From contig CBDFLE010000006.1 in assembly GCA_965248925.1 (NCBI GenBank), forward strand, positions 963,700 through 1,027,699: a stretch of DNA of 64,000 bases, in the 5' to 3' direction. Both the position numbers and the translations under genes were made by a program. Of this stretch, positions 1 through 9,522 are shown piece by piece; the stretch's first letter is position 1; every line of letters begins with the position of its first letter. Source of the DNA: Candidatus Multivoradales bacterium (lineage in GTDB: Bacteria > Acidobacteriota > Thermoanaerobaculia > Multivoradales > J023). The notes beneath the pieces were generated by a model. That model searched no databases. It was not told the origin of the DNA and worked only from the letters and a program-made list of their open reading frames with translations.

Positions 1-296
1 GATGAAATCTCCCCACTGACCCACGGTCCGATCGCAAGTGACGCACCATCCGATGCGGTCCGGCGCTCGAAGCGCGACGCCAACGGGAAACCTGATCTGA
101 GACGGCGGGGGGTGACTACTCATCGGCTACGCTCCACGCGGCCTCGATCGCCGCATCCCAGACTGCCGCAGCCACCTCTCGCGGCGCACCATCGACCAAC
201 AAAGGCCCGAACTGGTCAAACCACCTCGCAAACTCCTCTGCGTGATACAGGCTCACTGCGTGGTCTGTCGCCCGCCCCGCCTTGACCGTGACTGGT

Positions 297-683
297 TCAG
301 CGGCCATCGCGACTCCGATCGCCGAACTTGCGAATGGCAAGACCCAGGAAGTAGGGCGGCGCCGCTAGCCACATGGCACCGACGACAGCGGTTGCGCTCG
401 CGAATGCGGCAGGTAGATACCCTGCTATCAACAGCGGGCGCGCGAACCGCGACAGGCGGCCGGGCCCCTCGGTCGAGACCGCTTGGCGACGAGTCGGCGC
501 TTTGGGTTCGCGCAGCGTCTCGATGGCTCGCAGCTCGTCAGCGGGGATGCCGGTGACGGCTCGCAGCTCGGCAGCGGGGATGCCGGTGTGGAGCTGTGCA
601 TAGACCTGGGCAGTGCCAGCATCCGCCGCTGTGACGCGGTCGACTTCGCGGCCGTCCGCGTCGAAGATCACCCAGCGGGGCAT
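297..683 (-). CDS. Hypothetical protein with internal tandem duplication.
   Basis: 128-aa ORF. No recognisable domain. Coding status uncertain in high-GC DNA. Confidence 0.25.
   Translation of the reverse strand: MPRWVIFDADGREVDRVTAADAGTAQVYAQLHTGIPAAELRAVTGIPADELRAIETLREPKAPTRRQAVSTEGPGRLSRFARPLLIAGYLPAAFASATAVVGAMWLAAPPYFLGLAIRKFGDRSRDGR
525..590. repeat. 33-bp direct tandem repeat x2 (ggctcgcagctcgKcagcggggatgccggtg) inside ORF 297..683.
   Basis: Read directly. It produces the duplicated peptide TGIPAAELRAVTGIPADELRA in the minus-strand ORF. Confidence 0.7.
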
Positions 684-1189
684 TACGAACCCCCGCGGCG
701 AAATAGATTGAGCGTCGCCTCGCCGCGCCGGCCAGACACCAGAACCACTCGGCGCCGATTACGAGGCGCTAACACGATCTCGGCGGACCCGAGCAGGTCT
801 GGCCGACGAATCTTGCGCGAGAGGTGTTGCACCAGCTCGCTGAGACCCTTGGCCACCAGCTTGCCGCCCAAGACGGCGCGCACTGGCGCAGACTTGAGGG
901 CGCCAGTAACCAGGTCGAGCGCTCGCTCTTTGGTCTTGCCGTCCCACTCCCAGAGGTGGACCAGGATAAGCGCTCGCTCGGCTGGTTGCGTCCACAAAGT
1001 GGTTAGATCACTGACCCTTACCTCAGAATTGCGCCGCACGCTGTGGCGCTCTGACTCCCAGGTGACATCGTCGAATCCGATTTGCTGAACGACAACGGTC
1101 ACGTACAGCTCGCCGACCCGCTCGAAGCGTAGCTGCCCGCACCGCAGCTTGATCAGGTGGAGTATGAGTTCGGGACGATCGCTCATCGA
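683..1189 (-). CDS. Hypothetical protein (phage/element-associated).
   Basis: ORF with GGAGGAG RBS ~6 nt upstream of the internal ATG (MSDRPELILHL...). The longer ORF-track start at 1327 is probably spurious. Confidence 0.45.
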   Translation of the reverse strand, partial: SMSDRPELILHLIKLRCGQLRFERVGELYVTVVVQQIGFDDVTWESERHSVRRNSEVRVSDLTTLWTQPAERALILVHLWEWDGKTKERALDLVTGALKSAPVRAVLGGKLVAKGLSELVQHLSRKIRRPDLLGSAEIVLAPRNRRRVVLVSGRRGEATLNLFRRGGS

Positions 1190-1518
1190 GACTCCTCCTC
1201 TGCTAGGCGCGACAGCCGCTCGACGTACCCCGCGCAGCTGTGGCGGTGAGCGCCCAGGGCCAGCCTGCTCAGCAGGCGCCACGACGCGATATGGCTCAGC
1301 TGCCTCTGCTCGCGGCATCTGAGCCACGCACTAGCGTGCTGCAGTGGCTGACCGGCGGGGCGGATGTAGACGGATCGGCCGACGTGGCGATACCAAGGCC
1401 AGCCGAAGACCGTGGCCCGCGGAATCTCAGTTACCGGGTCGCGGTGCATGACGACGCGGTGGGTCGAGGCTCCGAGCAGCGGCCGGGCATCCGGCAGGAT
1501 GAGCGCCGGTGCGTTCAT
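1183..1518 (-). CDS. Hypothetical protein.
   Basis: 111-aa ORF preceded by GGAGGA RBS. Translationally coupled, with overlaps, to neighbouring genes. Confidence 0.4.
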   Translation of the reverse strand: MNAPALILPDARPLLGASTHRVVMHRDPVTEIPRATVFGWPWYRHVGRSVYIRPAGQPLQHASAWLRCREQRQLSHIASWRLLSRLALGAHRHSCAGYVERLSRLAEEESR

Positions 1519-2129
1519 CTCCGGTCCTCCTGGACGAGAAAATCCTCGACGCCCAGTGCGATGCCCTTGGCGAATAGGCTCTGGACGACGCCATCCGTCA
1601 GCAGTCGCCGGTCATCTTCGTTGCTGATAAACGGCAGCTCGACCAGCGCTGCCGGTGCATAGGTGAGGCGCAGGACACCGAGGCGCGGACGGTCTTTGAT
1701 CCCGCGCCACTTGGGAGGTACCAGGCGCCGACCCCAGAGCAAGTCATCGTGCTCTGAGAAGCCTTGCAGGCCATCGACCAGCGAGACCTTGATTTGCTCC
1801 GCAAGGCGCGCCCCCGCCCCATCCGGGCCAAAGCGCAGGACCTCGAGCCCGTGGGCTCGAAGGTCCTGGTGAGCGTTGGTGTGGATGCTGACGAACGCCT
1901 GGGCGTCCACCAGATTGACGAGCTGGGCTCGATGGGACACCCCCGCCGTTTGCCCAAGTGCCCGCGTGAAGCGGACGCGGTGGCCGGTCCACCGAAGCAG
2001 TGTTGCCACCGCCACAGCGACTGGCCATGCAATGTCGGTCTCGCGCAGCCGTGGGCTCACATCGTGCGCTACCGCTCCAGGATCCCTACCTCCGTGACCG
2101 GGGTCGATCACCACCAGCGAGCGACTCAT
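1515..2129 (-). CDS. N-acetylmuramoyl-L-alanine amidase (Amidase_3 family, CwlD/AmiC-like).
   Basis: Motifs VIDPGHGGRDPGA, VSIHTNAH and ELPFISNEDD are typical of Amidase_3 cell-wall hydrolases and endolysins. Confidence 0.75.
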   Translation of the reverse strand: MSRSLVVIDPGHGGRDPGAVAHDVSPRLRETDIAWPVAVAVATLLRWTGHRVRFTRALGQTAGVSHRAQLVNLVDAQAFVSIHTNAHQDLRAHGLEVLRFGPDGAGARLAEQIKVSLVDGLQGFSEHDDLLWGRRLVPPKWRGIKDRPRLGVLRLTYAPAALVELPFISNEDDRRLLTDGVVQSLFAKGIALGVEDFLVQEDRR

Positions 2130-2437
2130 TGGACACCGTCCCGCACCACCCAAGAATCTAGCGGGCCCCGGAACTCAATCTCAGCAGGCAGGCCCCTAGA
2201 TCCGCCCTCAACGGCTGTCTCGAACTGCCCCTGGGCAGAGTCCGCCGCGAACAGGCTGTCTATCCCCGTTCGGTCGCACGCCGATAAGTGGCGGAGGTCC
2301 ACCACCAAGCGCCGAGCAGTGGCGCGGCGGGCAGCAGTAGGCTCGGCGGCGCTCACCTCATCGCCGTAGATCACCCCGCCGCCGAGGTCAGCCTCGGTAT
2401 CCGCGCCGGTCCACGCCGGCTCACGCTGATGCTGCAT
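2126..2437 (-). CDS. Hypothetical protein, possibly STAS-like.
   Basis: GAGGAGG RBS before ATG (MQHQREPAW...). Weak STAS-like segment LVVDLRHLSACDRTGIDSLF. Confidence 0.35.
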   Translation of the reverse strand: MQHQREPAWTGADTEADLGGGVIYGDEVSAAEPTAARRATARRLVVDLRHLSACDRTGIDSLFAADSAQGQFETAVEGGSRGLPAEIEFRGPLDSWVVRDGVQ

Positions 2438-2638
2438 CGCACACCTCCTCGCTAGTGGCGAGCCGGCCACCTAAGGACCTGCCGACTCGCCCAGAACGCA
2501 ATACCAAACAGGCACGCAACAGCGCGCACCAGTCGGCCCACCCACACCGGACTCGCTCGGGAATATGGAATCCCTGCATTTTTGGAGTGGATGAGCCGGC
2601 TGCTAAGCGCCGGTGTGGTTTGGTGGTGGTGGAGCTGC

Positions 2639-2929
2639 TCATCGAGCACCTCCTCCGGTCCAGGCTGCTTTTGCAAGTGCAGGATTCGCGAAACGCCCAC
2701 GCTGGCGCAGTGCCCATGAGCGAAATTCGTCGCCAGTCAAGCCCTCGGCAATGGCGCGACCGCTGTCACCAACGATGAGAGGGTGGAAATCTGGCAGCTG
2801 GTCGGCATAGCGGCGTGCAGTGGTGCGGCTCTTGATGCCGAGCATCGCCATTACCTGCTGTTTAGTGACGACATGCTGGGAACAAGCCATCTCGGCAAGG
2901 CAAAGCCGTAGTGCGACCAGCTCGGCCAT
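2639..2929 (-). CDS. Putative AlpA/excisionase-like HTH DNA-binding protein.
   Basis: HTH-like segment VTKQQVMAMLGIKSRTTARRYADQLPDFHP. Lies in the element regulatory region. Confidence 0.35.
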   Translation of the reverse strand: MAELVALRLCLAEMACSQHVVTKQQVMAMLGIKSRTTARRYADQLPDFHPLIVGDSGRAIAEGLTGDEFRSWALRQRGRFANPALAKAAWTGGGAR

Positions 2930-2970
2930 TATTCTCTGGTGCCTCGCAAGCTCGCTGTCACATGTCCGCT

Positions 2971-3543
2971 TCACGAGCCAAGCTCCACCGCTTGAACGCC
3001 AATCTGGATTTCAGGTTCCAGGTGGAAACTTGATTTGGAAGAACACCGAAAATCGCTACACAGACCAGGAACTTCAATTGGGGCTACCGGGCGCCCCAGA
3101 AAGGCTGACCACGACCCAGGCCAGTTGCAGGCCGGGAAAGCAGGAGCCCGGCCAGGAACAAGCGTCAAAACAGAGCCACCAACCTCGGGCGTTACGTACT
3201 TGACCTCCCCGGCAACCCTGGCGACGATGACATCGTGGCGACGTAGAGCCTCTTCGGCCGCTTCGCTCCAGCTCTGGAAACAAGTTGCTGACCAAAGCTG
3301 CCGAGGAACACCGAGGACTAGCTCAAAGAGCAGGGCCTCTCGGAGATAGACATGCTCAACTACGCCTCTTTCAAGCTTGGACAGGCGCATGGGCGAAATA
3401 TCAAGTTCAATCCCAAGACTGGAAAGAGTATGGCGAGCTGTCTTCCTGGCTCGCCTAAGCCTCTTGCCCGGTGTCTTACATGACTCTTTCTGTTTCTTAT
3501 CCATCTCTTTCGAAATCGTATACGACTCTGTATGAATCGTCAA
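2971..3543 (-). CDS. XRE-family transcriptional regulator (cI-like repressor candidate).
   Basis: HTH_XRE signature GKRLRRARKTARHTLSSLGIELDISPMRLSKLERG. Divergent from a second XRE gene. Start is TTG at 3543 or ATG at 3504. Confidence 0.6.
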   Translation of the reverse strand: MTIHTESYTISKEMDKKQKESCKTPGKRLRRARKTARHTLSSLGIELDISPMRLSKLERGVVEHVYLREALLFELVLGVPRQLWSATCFQSWSEAAEEALRRHDVIVARVAGEVKYVTPEVGGSVLTLVPGRAPAFPACNWPGSWSAFLGRPVAPIEVPGLCSDFRCSSKSSFHLEPEIQIGVQAVELGS

Positions 3544-3593
3544 TGGTAATTCTGATTGACAGCTTCTATTGTTTTGTTTAAAGTTTTATACGA
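3544..3593. promoter_or_regulatory. AT-rich divergent promoter/operator region between the two XRE regulators.
   Basis: Locally low GC (caatggtaattctgattgacagcttctattgttttgtttaaagttttatacgaatg) between back-to-back HTH genes, resembling a lambda-like genetic switch. Confidence 0.5.
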
Positions 3594-3950
3594 ATGAATA
3601 ACTCGCTAATAAATGCAGCGATGGCGCTGCTCTTGAGACAATCTGGGTTCTCAAGAGCCGTGGCATCCCGGAAGATGGGGTGTACCAGCGCGTCGATGTC
3701 GAACTGGCTGAATGGCCGGACTACGCCAAGCGCGTCAAGCCTCTTTGAATTTCTGCGCGTGCTGGGCTACGATTTTCGTCATCTCCAGAGCGCGCTGGAG
3801 AGTCTCGAAAAGGAGGATGGGGCGGAACCTGTAACTGGCCTTGCCTTGGATCTGATGTCCGGGATTAGCCGCGGTGAGCTACTGAGAGTCCTCAGGGAGG
3901 AGGCTCGGAAGATGCTCACCGAAGCGGCCACTGCAACGGGAGAGGAATAG
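3594..3950 (+). CDS. XRE/Cro-like HTH transcriptional regulator.
   Basis: HTH segment SRAVASRKMGCTSASMSNWLNGRTTPSASSLFEFLRVLG. Confidence 0.55.
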   Translation: MNNSLINAAMALLLRQSGFSRAVASRKMGCTSASMSNWLNGRTTPSASSLFEFLRVLGYDFRHLQSALESLEKEDGAEPVTGLALDLMSGISRGELLRVLREEARKMLTEAATATGEE

Positions 3951-3954
3951 CATC

Positions 3955-4683
3955 ATGGGCCAGAAGTCCCAACACTCAAAGATCTTGGCGCTTGGAAAAG
4001 CGCGCTCAGAGGGTCTCTTTGAAAGTCTCTTTGAAAGTCTCTTGGATATTTGCCGAACGGCTCGCAAGTCTGGGGACGATCAGTCAGCGCTAGAAGCATT
4101 GTCGGTTGCGGCAAATTCTCCCGACAGGCTCCCGAGCACGGATTGCAGGCTCTTGCGCCAACTGGGATCGATGCGCCGAGAGCAATGTAAGCTCGACTCT
4201 GCCTGCGATGCCTTTGGACTAGCCTCCTGCATCGCAGCGGTCGCAGGAGACAGGGTTCAATGGGCTAGGGCTGAGACAGAATTTGGGCTCTGCTTGGTCG
4301 AAGCAGGGAAGAACGACCAAGCAAGGGACGTTCTGAGAACAGCCTTGGCCGGGTTGGGACGGATGGTGTCTCAACGTCGCCACCGTGCTTCTGCGCATCT
4401 GGGACTAGCAACCGTGGATGTCGAGTCGGGTCTATACGGCGCCGCAGAATCCCACTACCGGCGAGCCGAATCGTTAGCTGAGTCCCAGGAAGACAGAGCA
4501 AAAATCCTGGCCAGCCTTGGTCGCGTGCAGATCATTCGTGGTCGCCTTGACGATGGCATTGCATCGCTACGAGACGCCCTAACGATCACGCCGAAGCTCC
4601 AAGACCGAATTGCCATCGAGATTTTGATCGAGCAGTTCGCCTCCGAAACGGCAGCCGAAGGCGAACTCAGTGCCGGCGCTTAG
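3955..4683 (+). CDS. TPR-like hypothetical protein.
   Basis: 242-aa ORF with TPR-like helical repeats. ATG 5 nt after the upstream stop. Confidence 0.4.
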   Translation: MGQKSQHSKILALGKARSEGLFESLFESLLDICRTARKSGDDQSALEALSVAANSPDRLPSTDCRLLRQLGSMRREQCKLDSACDAFGLASCIAAVAGDRVQWARAETEFGLCLVEAGKNDQARDVLRTALAGLGRMVSQRRHRASAHLGLATVDVESGLYGAAESHYRRAESLAESQEDRAKILASLGRVQIIRGRLDDGIASLRDALTITPKLQDRIAIEILIEQFASETAAEGELSAGA

Positions 4684-5021
4684 CCGCTCGGATCGATCAA
4701 GAATGGATTCTTCATCTGCTATTCCTCCTGATTGTTCCGGGTGGCCGCCATTGACCACTCATCGCCGTCTAACAGGCGAGTGTCTGATTTTGGATGCGTT
4801 TCGCGATGAGATCGCGAGGATATTCCCTAAATGACTGAAACTAGTGACCCCTTCTTCTGCGCTAAGCGAGTGCCCTACCCGCCTGGGCAAAATTCCGACA
4901 AGCCCCGGTCTCTTCGGTGGGGTCCATACATTGAGCCAGTGGGCCGCCGTCGAGTACTGCATCGGGGTCCTCGGGTCCAGCCTGTCGGTGTTGTCGGGGC
5001 GTAGGATCTGTTGGTAGTACA

Positions 5022-6197
5022 GTGAGGAAGCCTATCCTTGCCGAGCGGAATATCCGCCGACGCGGTAGCAGCTGGCAGCTCCGGATCTACTCGATGGGGC
5101 TTGGCCGTCAGGTCGTCGTCACCCACGGCAATCTGCCCCAGCTAGTAGCCAAGCGAGACGAGATCGAGGCCGACAACCTGTGCCGCAAAATCGGGGCATC
5201 TCCAGTACTGCGCTACCGGCCTGATCTTGGCAGCGTCCTGGAGCAGTTCCAACTCGAAATCGATCGCCGCGAGTGCTCTGGCGCGATCACTAGCGGCACT
5301 CTACGGACTTATGGCAACCACATCTCGGCATTCCAGCGATGGTCGGAAGAAACGGGGATGGATAGGTATGCCGCGGAAGACTTGCGGCGAACCCATGTGG
5401 AGCAATATTGCGCCTGGAGGGGGACCCACACGACGAGGGTTGGAACTAGCAAGGTGCGAGGCTCAAGCATGCGCACTGAACTCAGCACCCTCCGGCAGGC
5501 CCTCCGCCACGCCGAGATAACAGTCAACTGGCGCGCACCTCATTTCCTCAGCAAGGCGAGGGGTAAGAGGATCCTCTCGGCCGCAGAATTTTTCTCTTGG
5601 CTGGAGTGCATGCCCGTGGGCAGCCTGGAGCGCACCGCAGCAGAGCTAGCCTGGCGTACCGCGGCGCGTCCGAGCGACTGGATCAGGTTTCGGTGGAGCA
5701 ACGTCGACCGAGAAAGGGGGCTGCTGAAATTCGACGTCCAGAAACTCCGAGGCCAGCGCCATAGCGTCCCGCTGACTGACGAGATCCTCCATCATTTGAA
5801 CGCGTGGAGAACCAGCTCTGAGAGAGGCAACATCCTGCGAGGGCTGTGGTCACTGCATGCAGATCGACAGGCAATGCTTCGTGACACTATTTTCATCACA
5901 GGGACCACAGCGAGGCCCCGACGCCTGCGCACGAACTCACTCCGCAGGCGATGGGTCCAAGCTAGCAAGTCAGCGGGAATAGACCCGCCCATTAAAGCGG
6001 CCGGGGTTCTACGCAATCAGTTCATCGCCCTCGCCTTAGCGAGCGGCAGCAGCGCTTACGCTGTCGCTCGCCACGTTGGGCACAGCAGCCTCAATCTGTT
6101 GATCCGGTACGCAGAGCAGGATTTGCCAACCGAACTCATCCAAGAAATGACCGGAAAAATCGACGAGCGCCGACGCGTTATCGTCCAAGAGCGCTAG
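5022..6197 (+). CDS. Tyrosine site-specific recombinase (phage integrase family).
   Basis: C-terminal catalytic region with ...HSLRH.. and ARHVGHSSLNLLIRYAE, matching the R-H-R-Y integrase core. Confidence 0.8.
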   Translation: MRKPILAERNIRRRGSSWQLRIYSMGLGRQVVVTHGNLPQLVAKRDEIEADNLCRKIGASPVLRYRPDLGSVLEQFQLEIDRRECSGAITSGTLRTYGNHISAFQRWSEETGMDRYAAEDLRRTHVEQYCAWRGTHTTRVGTSKVRGSSMRTELSTLRQALRHAEITVNWRAPHFLSKARGKRILSAAEFFSWLECMPVGSLERTAAELAWRTAARPSDWIRFRWSNVDRERGLLKFDVQKLRGQRHSVPLTDEILHHLNAWRTSSERGNILRGLWSLHADRQAMLRDTIFITGTTARPRRLRTNSLRRRWVQASKSAGIDPPIKAAGVLRNQFIALALASGSSAYAVARHVGHSSLNLLIRYAEQDLPTELIQEMTGKIDERRRVIVQER

Positions 6198-6461
6198 AGA
6201 ATCTCGGCCAATCCTGTCCAACGAGGTGGCCGAATTTGGCCGAAATTTGGCAGGGCAGCATATATCCTGACTTTGTGAGAATCATCCAACTGCCTCAAAA
6301 CAATAAACTTACAGTGATTTTGTAGACAAGCAAATTCGCTGTGACTAAATAGCGTAGATTTCGTCCCATACCCACAGAGACGCGAAAGGTTCTTCGCTTC
6401 TTGCCTCTGACCTCGAGCGTGACTATCAACGGCTCTACACCCTGACGGCGGGAGCACGCTT

Positions 6462-7274
6462 TCAGTCCTGAGAAGCGATCTTGGCCAGTACATCAGGCCA
6501 AATCTCGCTCCAGCAACAACTGTGATCGAAGCCGGGATAGATCACCAGCTCGGCAGCTGAGAGCTCGGCCAGACGGCGGGACGCATCGGGCGGGATTCGC
6601 TCGTCGTCCTCACCCAACAGGTGCAACTGGCGGATGCTCGCCGGCAAGGGCGGACGGCGAGACGGGTCGAGGGAACCGAGCAGCGGGGTGTAGTGGTGCA
6701 GGTCGGCCCAGGCGACCAGGTCGAGATTGGCGGCGAGGGTGACCACGGCTCGCACCTTGGGCAACCGCTCGGCTAGCAACATGGCCAGCACACCACCGCC
6801 GCTGTAACCCACCAGCACGATCTGCTCGACCGGAGGCTCGGCTAGCAAACTGAGCAGGGCCTGTTCCATTGCTGCCACCACCCGCGGCGAGTAGCGCGCC
6901 AGGGTCCACAGTAAAGGGTCGCAATCGTCGGTCTGGCGCCAGCGGTTGTAGCACGGCCGGCCCAAGTAGAGACTGGGGGCGGGATCGAGTTGCATCAGCT
7001 CGAAGGCCAGGGCGCGGCGCGGGTGCGGATCGGCGGCGACCAGCTGTTCGCCAATCCAGGGTCGGCCATCGCCTTCGAGATAGACGTGTAGCCGTCGATC
7101 GGTGCTGCTCCCGCCTTTACGGTAGGCCACGTGGTGGAAGTCGCCGCCCACCAACACCAGGCGCTGATAGCCGGCGGCGGCGGCGCGAGCCTCGAGGTGG
7201 GCGGCAGGGGTAGGCGTCGTGACACAGCCAACGACGGCCAACGAACAAAGCAGGGTGGCGGCGCGCCGGTTCAT
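6462..7274 (-). CDS. Secreted alpha/beta-hydrolase lipoprotein.
   Basis: Signal peptide with lipobox (LAVVGC) and nucleophile elbow GYSGGG. Confidence 0.6.
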   Translation of the reverse strand: MNRRAATLLCSLAVVGCVTTPTPAAHLEARAAAAGYQRLVLVGGDFHHVAYRKGGSSTDRRLHVYLEGDGRPWIGEQLVAADPHPRRALAFELMQLDPAPSLYLGRPCYNRWRQTDDCDPLLWTLARYSPRVVAAMEQALLSLLAEPPVEQIVLVGYSGGGVLAMLLAERLPKVRAVVTLAANLDLVAWADLHHYTPLLGSLDPSRRPPLPASIRQLHLLGEDDERIPPDASRRLAELSAAELVIYPGFDHSCCWSEIWPDVLAKIASQD

Positions 7275-9253
7275 CGAGCACTCGGCACGAAAAACAGCTC
7301 GCCACCTTCGTCGTCAGTCAGCCTGATCGGAGCCAGGAGCGGTCGCTGGTCGAGTTCGAATCGGCGGGCAGCATCCACCACCGGCTGCTCGATCTGGCGA
7401 AATAGGGCCGACACCGGCAAGATCCGCTGATTGCCGCGAAGCGCGTCAAGCAAGGCGCGGGAGAAGACCGAGTTGCGCCCATCACCCCCAGCATCGAGCA
7501 CCGGACTGAGGCCACCCGAGGTGAGTGCCAGACGGGACCGGCGCTCGACCAACTGACGCACGCGGTCGGCATCGACCGGTGGATCGGCACTAGCGAGCGG
7601 CTCTGCCTCGTCACCCAAGGCACCGGAGTAGCATGAATCGGCCACCACCAGGACGTGGCGGGCAGCGATGTCGCCAATCAGAGTCGTGACATCGAATTTG
7701 ACGCTTACCCAATTCGACGTGTCCTCGGGCTCGGCGTCGATCGGCAGCCAGTAGCCCGACCCTTTCTGCAATAGCGAGCCGTGACCTGCGTAGAAGAGCA
7801 GCAGATTGTCGTTCGGCCCGACCTCGCCAATGATCTCGGTGAGGGCGGTGACGATCTCGTAACGTGTGGCGTTACGCAGGGTGCGCACATTGTAGCCGTA
7901 GCGGGTCTCCAGCACCTCGGCCAGCTCGCTGGCGTCGTTGACCGCGGTTTCCAGTCGCGGCAGCTTCTGGTATTCATCGTTGCCGATCAGCAGGGCGTAG
8001 GAAGCGCCGAAGTTGATCCCGGCATAGAGACTTGGGTCGTCCAGCTCATGTGCGCCTGCTGCTGATGACGCGGCTACCGCTGGGACGGTCTCTAGCGACC
8101 GACCGCCGCCACCGAGCCAGCCCATCTGCCAAGCAACCAGGGCCAACAGCAGCAAGACACCAAGTCCCACCAATGGCGCGGTGCGGCGAGGGCGGGACGG
8201 CATGCTAGCCGGCGGCTGAGCCTCGGCAGCCAGCAGCGCTCCACCACCCTCGGCGAGGGTCGGTGCCGAGGGGTTCCAGTCGCTGGGCGTGGTGCCGGCG
8301 GCGGTTGGCGCGGGCCGGGTCCGCAGGGGCCTAATGGGCTGCACCGCGGGCGGCAGCCCGGTGAAATCGTCGGCCCCGCTGTCTCCACTGCCTGAGAGGG
8401 AGCCGACCAAGGCTTCCGAAAATTCCCCGGCACTCGACCAGCGATCATCGGGACGCTTCTCAAGCGCCTTCATCACCACCCGCCGCAGCGATTCGGGAAC
8501 CGCCTCGCCGAGCGTGGTCTCGTCAAAAGCCTTGGGCGGATGGAACAGGTGCCCGGCGATGATCGACACCTCGTCATCACCCTGGATCGGATACTCGCGG
8601 GTGAGCAGCTCGTAGAGCACGATGCCGAAGGAGTAGAGGTCACTCCGCGCGTCAACCGTCACCTCCCCCTTGCTGCTTTCCAGATGTTCCGGCGAAACGT
8701 AGCGCGCTTTGCCCACCACCAAGCCGGTCTGGGTCTGAAACTGCGCTCCTTCGAGGGACTTGGCCAGACCGAGGTCGATCAGCTTGACCCGCGGGCTGCC
8801 ATCGGCGACCCAACTGAGCATCAGATTGTCGGAGGCGATATCGCGGTGGAGGATTTTCTGCTCGTGCAGGAAGGCCAGCGCGGCAAGCCCCTGGCGACCG
8901 ATCTCCACCACCTGCTCCAGCGCCAGCTGCTTGTCGGTGGCCAGCAGCTGGGCGACGTTCATGCCCTCGACCAGCTCCATCACCATGTAGGCGGTGCCGT
9001 CTTCGGCAACACTGAAGTCATAGAGCTGGGCGATCCCCGGATGGCGCAGCCGGGTCGCCACCTGCGCCTCGCGCAAGAAACGGGCCTGCAGATCAGGATC
9101 CTCGCGAAATTGGGCGCGGATCATCTTGATCACCCGCAGCTCGTCGAGGAAGACATGGCGCACCTTATAGACCGCGCCCATGCCGCCCTCGCCCATCTTG
9201 GCGACGACTTCGTACTTCTGCTCGATTTCCGGACTCAGGTGCAGCTCGCTCAT
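7271..9253 (-). CDS. Ser/Thr protein kinase (Hanks-type) - TM segment - C-terminal caspase (peptidase C14) fusion protein.
   Basis: Kinase motifs GEGGMGAVYKV, VIKMIR, HRDIASDN, DLGLAK, YVSPEH. Hydrophobic TM segment (LVGLGVLLLLALVAW). Caspase His/Cys dyad in LLLFYAGHGS and VVADSCYSG. Confidence 0.8.
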   Translation of the reverse strand: MSELHLSPEIEQKYEVVAKMGEGGMGAVYKVRHVFLDELRVIKMIRAQFREDPDLQARFLREAQVATRLRHPGIAQLYDFSVAEDGTAYMVMELVEGMNVAQLLATDKQLALEQVVEIGRQGLAALAFLHEQKILHRDIASDNLMLSWVADGSPRVKLIDLGLAKSLEGAQFQTQTGLVVGKARYVSPEHLESSKGEVTVDARSDLYSFGIVLYELLTREYPIQGDDEVSIIAGHLFHPPKAFDETTLGEAVPESLRRVVMKALEKRPDDRWSSAGEFSEALVGSLSGSGDSGADDFTGLPPAVQPIRPLRTRPAPTAAGTTPSDWNPSAPTLAEGGGALLAAEAQPPASMPSRPRRTAPLVGLGVLLLLALVAWQMGWLGGGGRSLETVPAVAASSAAGAHELDDPSLYAGINFGASYALLIGNDEYQKLPRLETAVNDASELAEVLETRYGYNVRTLRNATRYEIVTALTEIIGEVGPNDNLLLFYAGHGSLLQKGSGYWLPIDAEPEDTSNWVSVKFDVTTLIGDIAARHVLVVADSCYSGALGDEAEPLASADPPVDADRVRQLVERRSRLALTSGGLSPVLDAGGDGRNSVFSRALLDALRGNQRILPVSALFRQIEQPVVDAARRFELDQRPLLAPIRLTDDEGGELFFVPSAR

Positions 9254-9283
9254 GCTGGTGGCCTCTCGATCGGTGGTCGAACT
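9000..9283. repeat. Direct repeat copy 2 (5' end of the kinase gene plus ~30 nt of leader), ~88-90% identical to 10444..10727.
   Basis: Manual nucleotide comparison of the two regions. Confidence 0.75.
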
Positions 9284-9522
9284 TCCCTTGTGCTTGTCGC
9301 TGGCCTCATGAGCCCAGAGCGTATTGTGCCCCGGTAGACCAAGCGTTTCGAGTCTTCTTGGCAGGCCATCGGCAAGGAATCAGGAGACCTGGTCGCGGGG
9401 GCAATCCGCAGAATCGTCGAGAGAACCCCCCTTGACTCCGCGGAACCGACGACTAATACTCCTCATGGAGGCTCGGCTCAGGGGCTGCTCTCGGGTGGCT
9501 CTGAAGGCATTGCCTCCTTTTT

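Larger units (their letters stand above)
1..6461. mobile_element. Putative integrative element or prophage remnant: small hypothetical genes, amidase, cI/Cro-like XRE pair, tyrosine integrase at right end followed by AT-rich putative att region. Left boundary lies outside the window.
   Basis: Gene content (integrase, divergent XRE pair, AlpA-like HTH, amidase) and the AT-rich non-coding segment 6198-6461 next to the integrase 3' end. Confidence 0.5.

Noticed and set aside
4690-5021. Non-coding region upstream of the integrase, scanned for a tRNA that could serve as the att site
   Set aside because: No cloverleaf-compatible sequence or conserved tRNA boxes (GTTC-A, TGGCNNAGTGG) recognised by eye.
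6198-6461. AT-rich segment scanned for tRNA or ncRNA
   Set aside because: No recognisable tRNA features. Kept only as a putative att/promoter region.
8540-9337. 265-aa plus-strand ORF
   Set aside because: Antisense shadow ORF of the kinase-caspase gene in high-GC DNA. Low-complexity composition rich in R/G/A/L with no domain signal.
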